DNA of 64,000 bases from IMG/VR virus record IMGVR_UViG_3300032086_003078, positions 24,414 through 88,413 of that record; one strand, written 5' to 3'. This DNA is from a virus. Below are positions 49,554 to 58,634 of this stretch, piece after piece; the first letter of the stretch is position 1, and each line of letters opens with the position of its first letter. The notes beneath the pieces were generated by a model, which was not told where the DNA came from, searched no databases, and was given only the letters and a program-made list of their open reading frames with translations. The translations under genes were made by a program, and so were the position numbers.

Positions 49554-50470
49554 GAGCCGATCCATTTGAACGCTTCAAAGATCTAAAAGAAAATCACTGC
49601 TGGCAATACGAAGTAAGACTTCGCAACAGTAAGAAAGACCTACGAGAACTAGGCAAGGACCAGAAGTGGGCTGAAGACCTACGGACTGATGACTTTGACT
49701 TTGCTTATGTTGATAAGGCAGCCAAAGCACAATGTGCTGAAATCAAAGCATTTATCGAACGCCACGAGTTTCTAGGCATTCTACCTAACCGACCAACTCA
49801 CCGCTTCACTGCTCGGCTTAAGAACAGCGGAGTGCTAGCAGGTGTGGTTGTTATGGCGACACCCAACTCATTCAGTTTTTTACTGGGACGAGAAAACAGG
49901 GACATTATTAAGTTGGTATCAAGAGGAGCATCAATCAGTTGGGCTCCCAAGAACCTAGGGTCATGGCTGGTGTCCCGTGCTTGTAAGTGGATGGTCCAAA
50001 ATACAGAGTTCAGGTGCTTCGAAGCCTATAGCGATCCACTGGCTAAAGAGTTGGGAACAATCTATCAGGCACTGAACTGGACCTACCTTGGTCAAACTTC
50101 GGGCACAATAAAAATGTATAGGGACCCAAACGCCCTAGAGAAGGGCTGGTTTAGCGACCGAGAATTCCGCAAGAAATCTAAGTATCGTCGTTATGCTGAA
50201 GCAGCGGGCATCCCCTACGAGGAATGGAAAAAACACCTAGGTAAGTACACTCCTAAATGGGATGAAATGCCTTTTGGGTGGAAAGAGAAGGTCAAAGAAC
50301 AAGAGAAGCTTTACCGAGAGAGTTGTGAGTGCCGAGTTGTGCCCTCAAAACACAAATACTGCTATATTTTAGGCAGATCAAAAAAAGAAACTAAACACTT
50401 GAGAAATTTGTTTATACAATATAATCCTAATCGGGCAAATCTGCCCTATCCTAAAGAAAGAGGAGAATGA
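49550..50470 (+). CDS. Mom-like (GNAT-fold) DNA modification protein
   Basis: FIERHEFLG, PKNLGSWLVS, AYSDP....GTIYQALNW.YLG, KHKY. Confidence 0.75.
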   Translation: MRADPFERFKDLKENHCWQYEVRLRNSKKDLRELGKDQKWAEDLRTDDFDFAYVDKAAKAQCAEIKAFIERHEFLGILPNRPTHRFTARLKNSGVLAGVVVMATPNSFSFLLGRENRDIIKLVSRGASISWAPKNLGSWLVSRACKWMVQNTEFRCFEAYSDPLAKELGTIYQALNWTYLGQTSGTIKMYRDPNALEKGWFSDREFRKKSKYRRYAEAAGIPYEEWKKHLGKYTPKWDEMPFGWKEKVKEQEKLYRESCECRVVPSKHKYCYILGRSKKETKHLRNLFIQYNPNRANLPYPKERGE

Positions 50471-50471
50471 G

Positions 50472-50915
50472 ATGACGACCGTAACCGACGGCAGCACCGT
50501 GACCTTTCATTACAAAGGCACACTAGAAGATGGAACTCAGTTTGACAGTTCCTATGATCGCAATGAACCCATGACTGTTGAATTGGGTAATGGAAAACTT
50601 ATTGCAGGTTTTGAGAGCGCCCTTCAGGGTATGGGCTCTGGCGACTCAAAGAAGTTCACACTCAGCCCAGAAGAAGCATACGGAAACCGCAGGGAAGACG
50701 CTACAACAACTTTAAACAAGAGTATGTTTCCTGAGGATTTTCAGTTTGAAGAGGGTATGCCGATTCCCCTAATGGCACCTAACGGGCAACAGGTGATAGC
50801 AAAGCTTTTGGAAGTTAGTGATAGCACAGTTACCGCTGACTTGAATCACCCGCTCGCTGGCGAAGAGCTAACATTTGAGATTGAAGTGCTGGGCGTGGAA
50901 GGTGACAATGGGTAG
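50472..50915 (+). CDS. FKBP-type peptidyl-prolyl isomerase (SlyD/SlpA-like)
   Basis: HYKGTL.DG..FDSS, LI.GFE.AL, PEEAYG, DLNHPLAG..L.FEIEV. Confidence 0.93.
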   Translation: MTTVTDGSTVTFHYKGTLEDGTQFDSSYDRNEPMTVELGNGKLIAGFESALQGMGSGDSKKFTLSPEEAYGNRREDATTTLNKSMFPEDFQFEEGMPIPLMAPNGQQVIAKLLEVSDSTVTADLNHPLAGEELTFEIEVLGVEGDNG

Positions 50916-51255
50916 CGACATGAAGGTTGATAAACCTTGGGGTCACGAGATTCGCTGGGCTATTACCAACAAATATCTAGGCAAACTATTACGTATCGAG
51001 GCAGGTCATCGGCTCTCACGCCAGTATCACGAACAAAAAGAAGAGAGCATATATGTTCTTAACGGAACTCTTGTTCTTGAACTGGGAGAGGGGGATAGTT
51101 TCGAGAAGGTTATAATAAGTGAAGGTGGAACTTGGCATATCACGCCAGGAACTATTCACAGGTTTTGTGCTCCTTCGGGAGGTTGTACTTTGATTGAGGT
51201 TTCAACACCAGAGATAGATGATGTTGTTAGACTTCAAGATGATTATGGAAGGTAA
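50908..51255 (+). CDS. Cupin (mannose-6-phosphate isomerase C-terminal-like)
   Basis: KPWG.E, LS.QYH..K.E, HRF, EVST...DDVVRL.DDY. Confidence 0.85.
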   Translation: MGSDMKVDKPWGHEIRWAITNKYLGKLLRIEAGHRLSRQYHEQKEESIYVLNGTLVLELGEGDSFEKVIISEGGTWHITPGTIHRFCAPSGGCTLIEVSTPEIDDVVRLQDDYGR

Positions 51256-51260
51256 AACAA

Positions 51261-52847
51261 ATGACCAAAGACAATATCTTATTCGGAGATGACATCCGAC
51301 AAAGGCTAATCTGCGGAGCAAATAAGCTCGCTGATGCCGTCGCTTCAACGCTTGGACCAAGGGGGCAAAATGTAATCCTCTACAAGCGAGGAGCAAACCC
51401 AGTCATCACTAAAGACGGGGTAAGTGTTGCTCGTGTTGTAGAACTGGATAATGACTATGAACAAGCCGCTGTTGAGGTTCTCCGTCAGGCTGCTCTGGAA
51501 ACAGAAAAGACTAGCGGGGACGGAACCACTACCAGCACTGTATTGGCTAGGGCTATTCTAGTAGCAGCCAATAAGCATATTGCTGCTGGTGCTTCATCCA
51601 TTGACGTCAAGCGAGGCATTGACCTTGCGGTTGATGCAATCTGTGAGAAGATCACAGAGATGTCCCAGCCAGTCTCAAGCGAAGAAGAGATTCGACATGT
51701 TGCTACAGTGTCTGCGAATGGAGACGAGTCCATCGGCGCTCTTATCGCTTCAGCCGTTGATGCTGCTGGAAAAGACGGAGCCATCACAATTGAAGAAAGT
51801 CGCTCTTTGGAAACATCTCTAGATGTAACAGAAGGGTTTCAGTTTGATGGAGGCTTTGTTTCTCAACAGTTTATTACAGACGAGAGACGAGGAGTGGTTG
51901 ACTATAGAGACTGTCTAATCTTTGTTACAGACGAATCGCTTGACAATGTAGATGAGATGTTGCCAATTCTAGAGGTGGTAGCCAGAGACGGACGACCTCT
52001 TGTCATCGTCGCCGAACAAATAGAAGGGCAGCTTTTGGCTGCATTGATTATGAATCGCATGAGAAACAATATGAAAATCTCTGCAATCAAGGCTCCACGA
52101 TATGGCGAAGAGAGAAGGAATATCCTCAAGGATCTAGCTCTTGTTACGGGAGCAACGCTTATCAGCAAGGATTCGGGCATCAAATTAAACAACGTCAAAC
52201 TAGAACACCTGGGTATGGCTAGCAGAGTCGAGTGTAGCAAGTATAACACCACAATTGCTGATGGGAATACAAACTATGAAGAGCTTGAGAAGCACCTGGA
52301 GTCTCTTAGGTCACAATTGAAAGAAACTGATAGCCTTCAAGAAGCTGAACGTATTCAAGAACGAATTACCAGGCTGTCATCAGGAGTTGCTGTTATCCGT
52401 ATCGGCGGTGCTACAGAGATTGAGGTCACCGAAAAGAAACATCGTGTAGAGGACGCCCTGGAAGCAGTCAAGTCAGCGCAAGAGGAGGGGATTGTCTCTG
52501 GCGGCGGCACCGCTCTTTTGAAAGCAACGAAGAATCTTGAGCTTAGCCCACAAAACGAAGATCAGGTTCGAGGAGTTCAGGCTTTGATAGAATCTTGTTA
52601 CTCGCCAATAACTCAAATCTTATCTAATGCAGACATATCTTCTGACATTGTAATAAATTCCTTAAGTTATGACAATCACGACAAGAATACAGGCTTTAAT
52701 GTTCGGACAGAAAAGTTCGAAAACCTAGTCGAAACAGGCGTCATCGACCCTGCGAAGACTGTTAAGTGTGCGTTGCGTAATGCAGCCTCAGCGGCTGGGA
52801 CGCTTCTCACAACAAATTGTGCTGTTCTCAAGGAAGGTGGTGAATAA
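51261..52847 (+). CDS. groEL: Chaperonin GroEL
   Basis: TLGP.G.NV, TKDGVSVA, GDGTTT, GGG.ALL, IDPAK. Confidence 0.96.
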   Translation: MTKDNILFGDDIRQRLICGANKLADAVASTLGPRGQNVILYKRGANPVITKDGVSVARVVELDNDYEQAAVEVLRQAALETEKTSGDGTTTSTVLARAILVAANKHIAAGASSIDVKRGIDLAVDAICEKITEMSQPVSSEEEIRHVATVSANGDESIGALIASAVDAAGKDGAITIEESRSLETSLDVTEGFQFDGGFVSQQFITDERRGVVDYRDCLIFVTDESLDNVDEMLPILEVVARDGRPLVIVAEQIEGQLLAALIMNRMRNNMKISAIKAPRYGEERRNILKDLALVTGATLISKDSGIKLNNVKLEHLGMASRVECSKYNTTIADGNTNYEELEKHLESLRSQLKETDSLQEAERIQERITRLSSGVAVIRIGGATEIEVTEKKHRVEDALEAVKSAQEEGIVSGGGTALLKATKNLELSPQNEDQVRGVQALIESCYSPITQILSNADISSDIVINSLSYDNHDKNTGFNVRTEKFENLVETGVIDPAKTVKCALRNAASAAGTLLTTNCAVLKEGGE

Positions 52848-52863
52848 AAACACATGTCTAACG

Positions 52864-52871
52864 ACTAATTA
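52864..52871 (+). promoter_or_regulatory. Putative late promoter motif ACTAATTA
   Basis: Intergenic motif copy. Confidence 0.5.
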
Positions 52872-52891
52872 AGAATAGCCGGTTACATCTC

Positions 52892-52928
52892 AAAAAGACC
52901 AGAGTATTTATTGCCTGGTCTTTTTTTT
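52892..52928 (+). terminator. Intrinsic terminator-like hairpin
   Basis: AAAAAGACCAG/CTGGTCTTTTT plus T-tract. Confidence 0.65.
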
Positions 52929-52944
52929 ATCTGGAGGCTTTCTA

Positions 52945-53403
52945 ATGAGTGATGAAACATTAAAATTAGTTTTACAAAAGATCGAAGTCTTAGAAAATAA
53001 AATATGTAGTGCCAAGTCGCTCAATGGAGGCTTTGATAAGTTGGCAAACGATGTGGAGCACATCAAAGAGAGCCAATCAGATATTCTCGATGGTATTCGT
53101 GGTGTAAAGCAAAACCTTTACGAGCCAGATTCAGGCTTGTTTAGTCGTGTAAAAGATTTGGAAGTAGAATCAATTCGTCGTCAAGAATTCATCAATGAAG
53201 TAAAGCCAATCATTACCCAGCATCAAGAAGTTGTCTTGTGGAAGAAACAAGCAGAGAAAGAAGTGGATGAAGTAGAAGAACTACGACACGAAATATCTAA
53301 ACTTCAAGAATGGAAGTCTGGTATGCAAAGAGTTATCTGGCTCATCGCTACTGCCGCTGGTGGTATGTGGGTAAAACACTTTATGGACTTGATGATGAAA
53401 TGA
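52945..53403 (+). CDS. Coiled-coil protein with C-terminal TM segment (holin/XhlA-like?)
   Basis: Heptad pattern; VIWLIATAAGG hydrophobic end; GGAGG RBS. Confidence 0.55.
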   Translation: MSDETLKLVLQKIEVLENKICSAKSLNGGFDKLANDVEHIKESQSDILDGIRGVKQNLYEPDSGLFSRVKDLEVESIRRQEFINEVKPIITQHQEVVLWKKQAEKEVDEVEELRHEISKLQEWKSGMQRVIWLIATAAGGMWVKHFMDLMMK

Positions 53404-53534
53404 TTATCTTAAGTATGATATCAATTTTATCTTTGTCTTCCGCTCTTTATTACCGACATTTGTGGAAGAAAGAAAGGAAACAAAAACAAAATCTTTCTAA
53501 AAATCTAAGACAAATGGAGTGGTGGGGAGAATAA
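53400..53534 (+). CDS. Small membrane protein
   Basis: ATGA coupling; hydrophobic N-terminus, basic tail. Confidence 0.55.
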   Translation: MIILSMISILSLSSALYYRHLWKKERKQKQNLSKNLRQMEWWGE

Positions 53535-53535
53535 G

Positions 53536-53898
53536 ATGAAGAACTGGAAACCAATCTTTATAGAGAACAGCAAAATACCTGTATGGTTATCTTACTTGGC
53601 TCCGATTAACATCGGTGCGATTACTCTATTCTTTCTCGTCTTCAGTCGTGGAGAGATGAGCGAAGAAACAAAGCGACACGAAACAATCCATTTTCAGCAA
53701 ATGCTTGAAACTTTTGTAATTGGCTTCATCATCCTTTATTACTGGGATTATCTTCGAGGATATTTTAAATACTGTAAGAATGGTAGGGCAGCCTATTTCA
53801 GTATTCGGGCAGAACAGGAAGCCTATCACAAAGCATCACTACCTTTTTATATAAAAGAGCGAAAGAGATGGCGATGGATTTGGGACTATAAAGTCTAA
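53536..53898 (+). CDS. HExxH metallopeptidase-like membrane protein
   Basis: RHETIH...EQEAY. Confidence 0.6.
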   Translation: MKNWKPIFIENSKIPVWLSYLAPINIGAITLFFLVFSRGEMSEETKRHETIHFQQMLETFVIGFIILYYWDYLRGYFKYCKNGRAAYFSIRAEQEAYHKASLPFYIKERKRWRWIWDYKV

Positions 53899-53906
53899 TT
53901 ATTTTC

Positions 53907-53934
53907 TTGACTCCTACAACTCTTATGATAATAT
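53907..53934 (+). promoter_or_regulatory. Sigma70-type early promoter
   Basis: TTGACT-N16-TAATAT, then ATGTAGGGAG. Confidence 0.75.
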
Positions 53935-53955
53935 AACAATGTAGGGAGAAGAGAT

Positions 53956-54594
53956 ATGAGCTACTGGCATCAAATGTATCCTCAGAAAAGAGCCTCTGAG
54001 CGAGTGGAAGTTCCTAACGGCGAAGCTCGCTTTGAAGCACTCCTCGCCAAAGAACTCAGTGTACATGACCGCAAGTTCGCCACATCCCTGAGTGAGCAAC
54101 TTAAGGACCAAGGCAAACTCTCTCCCAAGCAGGTTGAGTGCCTTGATCGTATGGAAGAGCGATACTCAGAAGAGGCTATGATTGCTCGCAAGAACTGGGA
54201 AGCGACCTACAAAGCAGAGCACCGCCAGACAGCGATTATCTGTGCGAACTACTACGTCACGACCAGTTACTTCCGTGACCTCGCAGTCAAGATTGCGACC
54301 GACGAAGATTTCGTCCCCACCGAACGGCAGTTCAACGCCCTCACCAAAAACAAGTATGCCCAGAAGGCTATCAAGGCTGCGACCGAGCCGCCTGCCTTTC
54401 CTGTCGGCACCCTTGCCAAGGTTCGAGCCAACTACAACTTGGTTAATGACCGCTCCCTCCACAACCAGATCGGTCTGGTGGTAGCGAACCACGCTAAAGG
54501 GCTCTACGCTTCCTCAACCATCCTTGTAAATGGGAAGCAGCACAAGCTAGAAGACCGCTGCCTCAAGTCCGCTGCGGGCAAGAAAAAGAAATAA
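53956..54594 (+). CDS. Hypothetical early protein with C-terminal SH3-like domain
   Basis: LSPKQ motif; FPVGTLAKV...IGLVV. Confidence 0.75.
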   Translation: MSYWHQMYPQKRASERVEVPNGEARFEALLAKELSVHDRKFATSLSEQLKDQGKLSPKQVECLDRMEERYSEEAMIARKNWEATYKAEHRQTAIICANYYVTTSYFRDLAVKIATDEDFVPTERQFNALTKNKYAQKAIKAATEPPAFPVGTLAKVRANYNLVNDRSLHNQIGLVVANHAKGLYASSTILVNGKQHKLEDRCLKSAAGKKKK

Positions 54595-54645
54595 CTTAAG
54601 CAACAATATAACCTATTGTATAATACAACAAAGGAGGACTCGTAT

Positions 54646-55068
54646 ATGCGAGCAACAATTAGTTTTGAGACTGATGTAGATCAAGTAGAGGGCACCATGG
54701 CAGTTATTGCCTGCGAAGAAGAGCACAACCTTCGTGCTGCTGCTGATATCTTGGGCAACTACACTGTCCTAGATGGCAGCTTGCTAGACGCCATCACAGA
54801 GGTACTGCGTGTGCTAGACTCGTCTACCGAACAACTTAGACAATATCAGCAGATGTTAGTTTCTTTTGAGAAGGCAAGGTTCGAGACAATGCTTCCGCAG
54901 TCTGCGCCTGCCACAGTGCCAGTTACAGCTAAAAGCATTGGCGAAACAGTAAGAGCAATAAAAGAGGCTCAAAATCAATCAGCACAGATGGAAATGTTTA
55001 ATAAATTCATCAATCGAATTGATAAAGAAGAGGAAGAGAGCGATGGACTTCAAACCCAAGAAGGGTGA
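54646..55068 (+). CDS. Hypothetical protein
   Basis: AAGGAGG RBS; TATAAT upstream. Confidence 0.7.
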   Translation: MRATISFETDVDQVEGTMAVIACEEEHNLRAAADILGNYTVLDGSLLDAITEVLRVLDSSTEQLRQYQQMLVSFEKARFETMLPQSAPATVPVTAKSIGETVRAIKEAQNQSAQMEMFNKFINRIDKEEEESDGLQTQEG

Positions 55069-55285
55069 TCTAGTATATCTTCCCTCGAATATTATGATCA
55101 TCGGAGAAGGACTCGCTCAGAATACCAGCGTACCTGATCGATGGCTAAACTTAATTGAGCCAACTATGGGCGTGATGGTTGAGCCAAACTACAATAATGA
55201 AAACATATATCACAAAGTTCACCTACAGGGTAACGACTGGCTCGTTAGAACAATTGATACGCTAGAGGTAATTTCCAGTGCTTGA
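55043..55285 (+). CDS. Small SH3/KOW-like protein
   Basis: PKKGDLVYL...MGVMV...LEVIS. Confidence 0.7.
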   Translation: MDFKPKKGDLVYLPSNIMIIGEGLAQNTSVPDRWLNLIEPTMGVMVEPNYNNENIYHKVHLQGNDWLVRTIDTLEVISSA

Positions 55286-55559
55286 ATTGAAAGAAGTTTT
55301 TGTTGATAAAGTAAAGAATGATGTGGGTTATGAAAAGGTATACTCGTCCCGTGATTGTCTTGTGAACCCAGATTACATTGTAACTGTGTACCCTCATGAA
55401 TTTTCTAGCTCTAGTGACGAAAAAATGCTAAGTAATTTTCATGAGAAAATGGACCCGGTAGAATTCTCAAGGATTGTTTTAGATGGAAATAATTTTAGAA
55501 CATCTGAGATGATTGTTCTCATTCCATATGAAAAGTTAGTGGGTTTGTTGAAGTCGTGA
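55278..55559 (+). CDS. Hypothetical protein
   Basis: GAGG RBS, GTG start. Confidence 0.65.
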   Translation: MLELKEVFVDKVKNDVGYEKVYSSRDCLVNPDYIVTVYPHEFSSSSDEKMLSNFHEKMDPVEFSRIVLDGNNFRTSEMIVLIPYEKLVGLLKS

Positions 55560-56437
55560 GTAGTCATACTTGGTACGATCTAGCAGATCATTTCTGTGCT
55601 AGAGAAAAGTCCCTTATGGACGGGGGCGACAATCGTTATTTTGAAAGGCTTGCTGCCAGACGTTATAACTATGCTCTGAAGAATAATCCAGGCGCTGTGC
55701 GTTTGGTTTTCTTACGCTCGGCAGCAGAGAATCCAACGAACAAGACTTTGTTGCGTAATGGGCGTTTCATCTGGTGCAAGAACTTACGCTTTGAGGGAGT
55801 AACTGAAGGCAATCTAAGGAAGCTCTCCTTTACGATTGGCAAAGGGCAGAAGAGATTTACAGTCACCGAACAAGATGTCTTGGTTATTCCTGGGAACATC
55901 TACATTAATAACAATTCTTTTTTCCGCAAGTATGAGAAAGTATTTTCATCGTTCTCCTCGGTGTTTGCCTGTCGGGAATGTCTTAAAATAATGAAAAGAA
56001 GTGACGGATATGACTGGAAATCTCTAGATGAGTTTGCAGAGTATATCAGGAGCTATGCCCCGTTCCGACCTGGGACATTGGTTTCCCCTCGTATGGGCTT
56101 CTTTGTCCCTAGGATCAGCAAACTACAGGATAAAGTAGCAGATCTGTCAGACAAGTTCTGCCAAGAAAAATCAATCAACAACAGAAAGCAAGAGCTAATT
56201 TCCTACCTTTCAGGAAGGGATTATATTACCACAGACAAAAAGCTCCTGAAGATGTTTAACGATTTTAATGAGTGGTGCGAAAACGAACCCTCAGCAGTTC
56301 ATCCTGTTGGTGTTATTCTAGGTCAAGCTCGTGATGTTTCGCCACATTCAGGTAGGGAACTTTACCGAGTGAGCTTTGCGGAAACTATTTATGAAAAGGT
56401 ACATCCAATACAGATGGAGGTTTTAAATGAAGTTTAG
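55556..56437 (+). CDS. Hypothetical protein with interrupted SH3-like C-terminal domain
   Basis: FRPGTLV...(insert)...VGVIL...YRVSF...MEVLNE. Confidence 0.7.
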   Translation: MSSHTWYDLADHFCAREKSLMDGGDNRYFERLAARRYNYALKNNPGAVRLVFLRSAAENPTNKTLLRNGRFIWCKNLRFEGVTEGNLRKLSFTIGKGQKRFTVTEQDVLVIPGNIYINNNSFFRKYEKVFSSFSSVFACRECLKIMKRSDGYDWKSLDEFAEYIRSYAPFRPGTLVSPRMGFFVPRISKLQDKVADLSDKFCQEKSINNRKQELISYLSGRDYITTDKKLLKMFNDFNEWCENEPSAVHPVGVILGQARDVSPHSGRELYRVSFAETIYEKVHPIQMEVLNEV

Positions 56438-56684
56438 ACTATACACAAAATCTAATTGTCCCTATTGTCATGCGGCTATGCAACTTTTGACACAACACCA
56501 AAAAGAGTTTGAACTCTATGGCTTGGATAAGCAGCCAGAACTGCTCAACGAAATCCAGAGCACTTACAACTGGCGCACAGTTCCCGTGGTTGTAGAGATC
56601 ACTGAAGGGCAAGAAAAGTTCATTGGGGGATTCACCGACCTCAAAGAATATCTAAGCAACGGTAAGCAACTACTAAAAGGATAA
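56427..56684 (+). CDS. Glutaredoxin
   Basis: CPYC, RTVP, IGGFTDL. Confidence 0.92.
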   Translation: MKFRLYTKSNCPYCHAAMQLLTQHQKEFELYGLDKQPELLNEIQSTYNWRTVPVVVEITEGQEKFIGGFTDLKEYLSNGKQLLKG

Positions 56685-56691
56685 ATAATAT

Positions 56692-57294
56692 ATGATTTGG
56701 AAAACAGAGGTATCACCGCTAATCAAGGAGTTTGAACTAAGGCGGCAACCTGTTATCATCAGGGTTAATAAATTCGACGAAGTATCAGCTAAAGAGTTTG
56801 CCAGCAGAATGGCTATGGCACACAATTCAGGACAGAAAGTAATCCCAGTAATCATTGATTCTTACGGCGGACAAGTTTATTCTTTGATGTCCATGATCGC
56901 ATCAATTAAGTCATCAGAACTTCCCGTTGCTACAATTGTAGAGGGCAAGGCGATGTCTTGCGGTGCTGTCTTGTTGTCCTTCGGCGAACAGGGTATGCGC
57001 TTTGCTGATCCCGATGCAACCATTATGATTCACGATGTGAGCAGTGGCGGACGTGGGAAGATTGAAGAGCTTAAAGCTGACGTAGCAGAGGCTGATCGTC
57101 TTGACGAGAAGATCTTTACAATGATGGCTCGCAACTGCGGAAAGAAAGACGATTACTTCAAGAAAAAGGTTTTTAATAAAAAGCACGCTGACTGGTTTAT
57201 GGACGCCGAAGAGGCAAAACGCCACGGACTAGTGAATCAACTTAGGGTGCCAAAACTTTCTATCAAAGTAGATGTAGAGATTGATTTCGAATGA
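56692..57294 (+). CDS. clpP: ClpP-family serine protease
   Basis: IDSYGG, G.AMSCG (Ser), IMIH (His), D.FM.AEEA...GLV. Confidence 0.85.
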   Translation: MIWKTEVSPLIKEFELRRQPVIIRVNKFDEVSAKEFASRMAMAHNSGQKVIPVIIDSYGGQVYSLMSMIASIKSSELPVATIVEGKAMSCGAVLLSFGEQGMRFADPDATIMIHDVSSGGRGKIEELKADVAEADRLDEKIFTMMARNCGKKDDYFKKKVFNKKHADWFMDAEEAKRHGLVNQLRVPKLSIKVDVEIDFE

Positions 57295-57791
57295 TTGAGA
57301 AATTTGTTCTTCTAGTATCGATGTTAATGCCAATGGCTTTTCCTATATCTTTTACGGAAGAACAAAAAGAAGTTTCTAAGAAAATTATCAAACAAGCCAA
57401 CCTAATGGGTGAGGACCCCTATAGCTTGATGGCGATTGCTTATCATGAGTCAAGACTGATTAGAGGCAGGGTGTCTGAGACGGGCGATGCGGGAATATTT
57501 CAGATCAACTGGAACTTCTGGGGCAAAAGGATGTGGAAGTACAAGTCTTTCGCTCAATTCGCAAAAGATATGGATGATCCAACTTTAGGCACGATCGGTG
57601 CCGTTGTCGTTCTAAAAGAGATGCGTCTTTATAAAACTTGTATTGGAATTAATTTATTTGCTTGTTATAACGGCGGACCTGCATGGATGAAGTCAAAAAA
57701 CATTGACAAAATCGCTAAATATGCAAGAATGGTTGAGATCCGCCGCAAGAGATATGAAAAGAAATACCCAAGCTGGAAAAAAAGGAAATGA
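57291..57791 (+). CDS. Lytic transglycosylase (SLT-like) with N-terminal signal
   Basis: AIAYHES, GIFQIN, YNGG. Confidence 0.8.
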   Translation: MIEKFVLLVSMLMPMAFPISFTEEQKEVSKKIIKQANLMGEDPYSLMAIAYHESRLIRGRVSETGDAGIFQINWNFWGKRMWKYKSFAQFAKDMDDPTLGTIGAVVVLKEMRLYKTCIGINLFACYNGGPAWMKSKNIDKIAKYARMVEIRRKRYEKKYPSWKKRK

Positions 57792-58129
57792 GTAAAAATA
57801 AGCCTGGATCATATGCCATGAAACTAGACTCGGTCCTAATTGGTATTGATACCACTAGAGATGATTTAGAGTTTTTGTGTAGTCTGGCTGAATCTCCAGA
57901 CAACGAGTATGGTATACCAGACGCTGTTGATTATGCTTACGCTATCGTTTCGCTTCATAAGCAGCTAGATTACTTGTCTAATCACGTATCAACCAATCAG
58001 TTATCGGAGGACGGCGAACTGTTATTGCTAACTGAAAAAGAGGTTGTAACTTTGTCAAATCTTGCGGATGAGGTTGAAGATAATTTAGAGAGGCTAAGAG
58101 AATGTGGAATATCCCTAAAGAGAAACTAA
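57788..58129 (+). CDS. Hypothetical acidic protein
   Basis: ATGA-coupled ORF. Confidence 0.65.
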   Translation: MSKNKPGSYAMKLDSVLIGIDTTRDDLEFLCSLAESPDNEYGIPDAVDYAYAIVSLHKQLDYLSNHVSTNQLSEDGELLLLTEKEVVTLSNLADEVEDNLERLRECGISLKRN

Positions 58130-58302
58130 AGTATCTTGCTTTTTACTATTTTTGGTTGTATTTTTTGGTTCTCTGTATCTGCTTCGATGTTTATATGGAT
58201 ACGGTAACTGGCTTCACTTTTGGCTACGCAGGTGCTTATGTTTATATGTGGCTTAGACTCCAAGAAGCAAAGGAATTATTGAAAGGCGACGATGATGAGT
58301 AA
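58102..58302 (+). CDS. Small two-TM membrane protein
   Basis: Two hydrophobic stretches; GAGG RBS. Confidence 0.6.
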   Translation: MWNIPKEKLKYLAFYYFWLYFLVLCICFDVYMDTVTGFTFGYAGAYVYMWLRLQEAKELLKGDDDE

Positions 58303-58534
58303 GAAAAGAAAAATAATCAATGTCTGGGATGCAGAACATAGTAAACTCTCAAAAACAGTTAGCTTTAAGGTTGTATGCGACCAAGAAATTATAGATCTAG
58401 TCAAAGCTATTACGTACAAGGACGAATTAACTACAGATCAGGTGGCGGCTGAACTGGGAAGTTTGCTAGAGGGTGCAATCCACATGAACTTGCCTAGGTC
58501 ACATCGCTTCTGGAAAAAGGGAAAAGATGTTTGA
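58292..58534 (+). CDS. Hypothetical protein
   Basis: Coupled ORF. Confidence 0.6.
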   Translation: MMSKKRKIINVWDAEHSKLSKTVSFKVVCDQEIIDLVKAITYKDELTTDQVAAELGSLLEGAIHMNLPRSHRFWKKGKDV

Positions 58535-58634
58535 CAAGGGCGCTCAAATTTTTTGGAACACGGCTGTTGGTCTAACTCTGTTGGTGATAGTTGGTGCTGT
58601 GATGGTAGCAAATAGAATGAATGACAGAAAATGA
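58527..58634 (+). CDS. 35-aa single-TM peptide (not in ORF track)
   Basis: MFDKGAQIFWNTAVGLTLLVIVGAVMVANRMNDRK; fills the gap and is ATGA-coupled to the next gene. Confidence 0.55.
   Translation: MFDKGAQIFWNTAVGLTLLVIVGAVMVANRMNDRK

Noticed and set aside
41313-57294. Bacterial chromosomal contamination suggested by ftsH, groEL, clpP and guaB-like genes
   Set aside because: These genes are interleaved with phage-type small ORFs, share the same strand and carry the same phage promoter motifs.
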